Below are positions 60,046 to 64,000 of a DNA stretch of 64,000 nt, piece by piece. Positions within the stretch are counted from its first letter, which is position 1, and each line of letters begins with the position of its first letter. The DNA is taken from assembly GCA_963835065.1 (NCBI GenBank), contig CAWIEK010000054.1, positions 32,001-96,000 on the forward strand, given 5' to 3'. The DNA is from an uncultured Chthonomonadaceae bacterium. GTDB taxonomy: Bacteria > Armatimonadota > Chthonomonadetes > Chthonomonadales > Chthonomonadaceae. Made by a program: the position numbers and the translations under genes. The notes below the pieces were generated by a model. It was given only the letters and a program-made list of their open reading frames with translations. It was not told where the DNA came from and ran no database searches.

Positions 60046-60810
60046 TTAGAACAACTCATGGCTGCCGGTAAAGGTCCCGGAGAACTTCACGGAGTACAGG
60101 ATCGTGGCCTTGTTGGACAGCCAATCCAGGTCGGTGTTGGCGCCACCCTGCGCGCCGTCGCTTTTGCACCAGATAACCAGTGTCCCACTGATGCTCACGC
60201 CATTCTTGGCAAGGGTCATCGTCAGGTCGGCATTGTTGTTACCGGACAGCCCTACCATGCGGTAAAACGGATTGAAGCCGGTGATTGCCGTGGAACTGGT
60301 GATGCCGGTGAAGAAATTCGAGTTCAGCACCGCGTCAACGTTTGGATTGGCTTTCGCGTAAATGACCGTTCCCTGCGTGGTATTCTTCGTCCAGACCGAA
60401 GCCAGATCGCTGGTGTAATAGCCATAAAAGGCTGTGTTGCTGGCAAAGGACGCGGTTCCCGAAGTCGCCTGCCCCGCCTGCGCTCCGTAATTATCCAGGC
60501 CGCCGCCAATGTTGAGCGCGAGGTCCGTAGCGTTCGTGCCCCGCGCGTTCAAGCGCGCAGCCAGATACAGTTTGCCGGTGCGAGCGGGCAGCGTTTTGGT
60601 TTCAATCAGTTTGTAGTTGCCGTCGTAGCGCTGATAATAGCCACTGGTGGTGATGTTGATGACATAGCGCGTATGCGTCTGCTGCGCCTGTGCGCAGGCG
60701 GCGCTGCACAGGGCCAACAATGTCAGCATTGCGGCCAGCGCGCGGGTTTGCAGGGCATGGCTGCGAAGGGAAGCCATGTGGGTCAGAAGGGAAGCGAATC
60801 GGGTGTTCAT
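60046..60810 (-). CDS. secreted hypothetical protein
   Basis: GAGGA RBS, signal peptide (…CSAACAQA) and a beta-rich mature region. Confidence 0.75.
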   Translation of the reverse strand: MNTRFASLLTHMASLRSHALQTRALAAMLTLLALCSAACAQAQQTHTRYVINITTSGYYQRYDGNYKLIETKTLPARTGKLYLAARLNARGTNATDLALNIGGGLDNYGAQAGQATSGTASFASNTAFYGYYTSDLASVWTKNTTQGTVIYAKANPNVDAVLNSNFFTGITSSTAITGFNPFYRMVGLSGNNNADLTMTLAKNGVSISGTLVIWCKSDGAQGGANTDLDWLSNKATILYSVKFSGTFTGSHELF

Positions 60811-61192
60811 AACGTGTCCTCTCTTTTCTCTTGTCGTCGAAGCGCCGGGGCGAAGAACACAGCCGCCGCGTAAAACAACGCTGTTGGATAGAAGCGTTGC
60901 GCAGGTTTGTGTTGTGTCCAGTATAAGCGAATTCGAGCGGAGAACACGTGAGGAAACACACGGCGCAATGTGATTTCGCGCACAATTCAAGCCTATTTTG
61001 AAAGACGCGGAAACAGCCCGCAAAGACAGAGGAAAGACAGATTCAGGTAAGCGGCAGAAGCGCGAATGTGGTACGATAAAGAGGAAATACGTGTGGATTC
61101 GTATACCTTTACAACTTGAATTTCAAGTTTATCGTCCTATAAATGTAGAAATTCAGTACAGTATTCGCGCGTACACAGGAAGTCGAAGTATT

Positions 61193-62239
61193 ATGCAGGA
61201 AGTCAGTCTTGCCGGGGTTGAAATTGCAAGGATTGAACCCCGAAACATCATGCCGAATGTTTCGGCAGGGCAGCCGCTGGAAGGGTTTTGTCAGCAGGTT
61301 GGCAGGCAGATGGAAGGGCGGGGCTGGCATATTCTGTCGCCGTCCGCAATGGCCGAGCGGATCGCGCAGGAGTTTCGGCAGCGATTTGCCCTGCCCACTC
61401 CCCTCCATTCTTCCCTGCTCGACCTGCTGCAAATTCTGGACATTGCGCTCATCCGCCACGAGGCTGTTGTGGAACCGGTCACGCTGGACTGCGACCCGCA
61501 AACAGGGCAATGGCAGCTTCACCTGTCCGCGCAGCCCGACGCCCGCCAAAACATCCGAATTTTGCAGGGCTTGTTTACGCTCGTCTTCTGGCGGTGCGCG
61601 TACCGCGTGTCGTGGTGGAACGATTGGCGGGAACTGCATGGCGTGGAGAATCCCCGGCGCATGGCGGATGCGTTCGCGTATGCCGTCGCCATGCCGCCCG
61701 ACATTTTGCGCCAGCGCGCCCGTGAGTTCGGGTTGAACATTTGGGAAATGGCCGACGCTTTGGGCGTCACTCCCTCCGGCGCGTTTTACGGCCTGCGCCG
61801 CTATGCGCGTTTCCCGTTCCCGTACTTCCTCGCCCGCCTTGATTTCACGCCCGAACTGGATCAGCAGCAGTTCTTTTTCGATCCCCGCGCCGTGCGCGCC
61901 AAAGTGTGGGCCAAGTTCCTCGCTCGCCCGGAAAATACGCCGGACGATCAGCCCACTACGCTTGACCCGCTGGCCCGCTTTCCGCGCCAGAACAGCATCG
62001 TGGAAGTGAAAAGCTACCCCTACCGCGCCATCAAGTTCCGGCAGCCGCTTATCTGGACCGCCGACAACCTGCTCGGCTTGCCCCTGCCGCAGCCCACCTG
62101 TTTTGTCGCCCGCCCCAATCAGCGCGGAACACAACTGCTGCTCCAGGCCGTTCCCCTCGGCGCGCACCACTTTTTAATGGATCGCGCCCTCCAACTCCAG
62201 CAGGAACAGGCGCGAACCCAACAGAAAAAAGCGGGGTAA
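61193..62239 (+). CDS. ImmA/IrrE (M78)-like protein lacking HExxH
   Basis: ADAFAYAVAMP and MADALGVTPSGA match the IrrE pattern. Confidence 0.55.
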   Translation: MQEVSLAGVEIARIEPRNIMPNVSAGQPLEGFCQQVGRQMEGRGWHILSPSAMAERIAQEFRQRFALPTPLHSSLLDLLQILDIALIRHEAVVEPVTLDCDPQTGQWQLHLSAQPDARQNIRILQGLFTLVFWRCAYRVSWWNDWRELHGVENPRRMADAFAYAVAMPPDILRQRAREFGLNIWEMADALGVTPSGAFYGLRRYARFPFPYFLARLDFTPELDQQQFFFDPRAVRAKVWAKFLARPENTPDDQPTTLDPLARFPRQNSIVEVKSYPYRAIKFRQPLIWTADNLLGLPLPQPTCFVARPNQRGTQLLLQAVPLGAHHFLMDRALQLQQEQARTQQKKAG

Positions 62240-62243
62240 ATTT

Positions 62244-62473
62244 TTCACCACAGAGGCACAGAGACACAGAGGTTTCACAGAGAAATACGAGGGAGAGAAG
62301 AAGATAGAAGATATAAGATATTAGCGGGACTGCCTGCAAGCGTGTTGTCTCCTTGAATAATCCTGTTTAATCCTTCTAATCCCGTTAATCCTGTCTATTT
62401 CTTCTCCTTTTCTCCTTTTTTCTTTTCTTCTTCTCTCTGTGAAACCTCTGTGTCTCTGTGCCTCTGTGGTGAG
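62244..62473. repeat. palindromic 9-mer cassette with nested 7-, 8- and 9-mer arrays
   Basis: Same outer arms as 2277-2465; inner GAAGATA, TAATCCTGT and TTCTCCTT arrays. Confidence 0.9.
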
Positions 62474-62476
62474 GTC

Positions 62477-63778
62477 TCAAATCTCCCCGACTGTGCCGAG
62501 TTCCTGCGCGACGTGTTCCAGGCGGACTTCGCGCTGCGCTTTGGTAGCCTGATTTCGGATGGATACGACGCCGCGCGGCACTTCCTGATCGCCGACCAGA
62601 ACAGCGTAGCGCGCGCCTAAATCATCGGCGCGCTTGATTTGTTTTTTGAAGTTGCCGCCCTTGTAGTCCATATCGGACGCGATGCCCGCCTGCCGCAATT
62701 GTCCCAACAGTTTGACGGCTGCGGGGCGCGTGATGCTTTCATCCCCAAGCGTAATCAGGAAGGCAAGGGGCCGCTCGTCCTCAACCGGCAATTCAATGCC
62801 AAGCGCTTCCAAAGTGATTAAGCACCGCTCCATGCCAAGCCCGAAGCCGATACCGGGGGTTGGCGGGCCGCCGCACTCTTCCACCAGTCCATCGTAACGC
62901 CCGCCGCCGCCCAATGCGTCCTGCGCGCCGAGATTTTTGCCCTTGATCTCGAACGCCGTTTTGGTATAATAGTCGAAGCCGCGTACCAATGTCGGGTCAA
63001 TCACGAACGGCACGTCCAGCGCGGTCAGATAGGTTTGCAGCTTGTCGAAGTGCGCCTGCGAGTCGGCGTCCAGATAATCGGTCAGTTTGGGCGCGTTTTG
63101 CAGCAGGCGCAGGTCGTTGGCGTTTTTGGTATCCAGCATCCGCAGGGGATTCACTTCAAAACGGTGCTGGCCTTCCCCGCTCATTTCCGACAAAAACGGG
63201 CCGACGAACTCGCGAAGGGCTTGTTTGTAACCGGCGCGGGAATCGGGCGTACCCACGGAATTGACGCGCAGTTCCATTTCCGTTATGCCCAATGCGCGAT
63301 AGAAACGCATGGCAAGCGCAATTACTTCCGCGTCTATGGCCGGGTCTTCCGCCCCGAACGCTTCCACGCCTAATTGCTGGTGCTGCCGATACCGCCCTTT
63401 TTGCCCTCGCTCGTAGCGAAAATTCTGCCCGATGTAGTACATTTTGAGGACGGGGTTGTCCACAAGCAGATTTTCCTGGATGCAGGCGCGGGCGACGGGA
63501 GCCGTGCCTTCAGGTTTCATGGTCAGGCTGCGGTCGCTGCCTTCGCGTACGAACGTAAACATCTCCTTGCTGACAATGTCCGTCGCTTCGCCAACCGCGC
63601 GCTTGAACAGGTCGGTAAGTTCCAGAATCGGGGTGCGGATTTCGCGGTAGCCGAACTGTCGGCATGTATCGCGGAAAACGCCTTCCACATAGCGCCACTT
63701 GGCGGTTTGCAGCCACGTTTCTTTCGGTGGCGCAACGGGCAGCACGTCATACGTATCCGGCGGGCGAGAGTATTTCAT
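62477..63778 (-). CDS. hisS: histidine--tRNA ligase
   Basis: DIVSKEMF, PEGTA, FRYER, LVRGFDYY and GGGRYDGL motifs. Confidence 0.97.
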   Translation of the reverse strand: MKYSRPPDTYDVLPVAPPKETWLQTAKWRYVEGVFRDTCRQFGYREIRTPILELTDLFKRAVGEATDIVSKEMFTFVREGSDRSLTMKPEGTAPVARACIQENLLVDNPVLKMYYIGQNFRYERGQKGRYRQHQQLGVEAFGAEDPAIDAEVIALAMRFYRALGITEMELRVNSVGTPDSRAGYKQALREFVGPFLSEMSGEGQHRFEVNPLRMLDTKNANDLRLLQNAPKLTDYLDADSQAHFDKLQTYLTALDVPFVIDPTLVRGFDYYTKTAFEIKGKNLGAQDALGGGGRYDGLVEECGGPPTPGIGFGLGMERCLITLEALGIELPVEDERPLAFLITLGDESITRPAAVKLLGQLRQAGIASDMDYKGGNFKKQIKRADDLGARYAVLVGDQEVPRGVVSIRNQATKAQREVRLEHVAQELGTVGEI

Positions 63779-64000
63779 AATAGAATGTCCTTTGGCAAGA
63801 TGAGCATTGAACCTGTATTGTACGGCACAATGAAAAGACAAGTCAAATGCTTACGCCGTGTGCAGCGTATACAGCCATAAGGAAGGCAGGTGGCATGACC
63901 ACACAAACAGGAAACGAACAAATGGAACGGCCCTGGCGCACGGAATTACTGGTATGCGCGGCGACGTGGATGGAACTGCGGTCATGGTGGCCGCGTGAAG

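Overview
A 64-kb, GC-rich bacterial chromosome segment, probably Armatimonadota-like (inferred from protein style only). The backbone carries trmFO, a GAF histidine kinase, a Ser/Thr kinase, hemB, cobA-hemD, a WecB/TagA glycosyltransferase, an enlarged nusB, folD, a GH63 glycosidase, recA, thpR, a TPR-glycosyltransferase cluster, cheY/cheX, prs and hisS. Accessory patches carry ParDE and MazEF toxin-antitoxin pairs, IS630, IS3 and IS1182 pieces, HNH and sacsin-like/DUF3883 genes, vsr, and a SARP-AAA plus AAA-WD40 pair. Two features stand out. (1) More than 20 short tandem-repeat cassettes (mostly 7-mers, also 8-, 9- and 10-mers). Most have a G-rich arm, a spacer and a C-rich arm; some recur almost verbatim at unrelated loci; many sit in frame inside or at the ends of housekeeping proteins. 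(2) Several integrase-free cargo blocks bounded by diverged direct duplications of a host gene's 3' end; the clearest is a 284-bp recA tail around ~6.5 kb of defence-like cargo. Several single-base frameshifts fall in homopolymers and may be sequencing errors.
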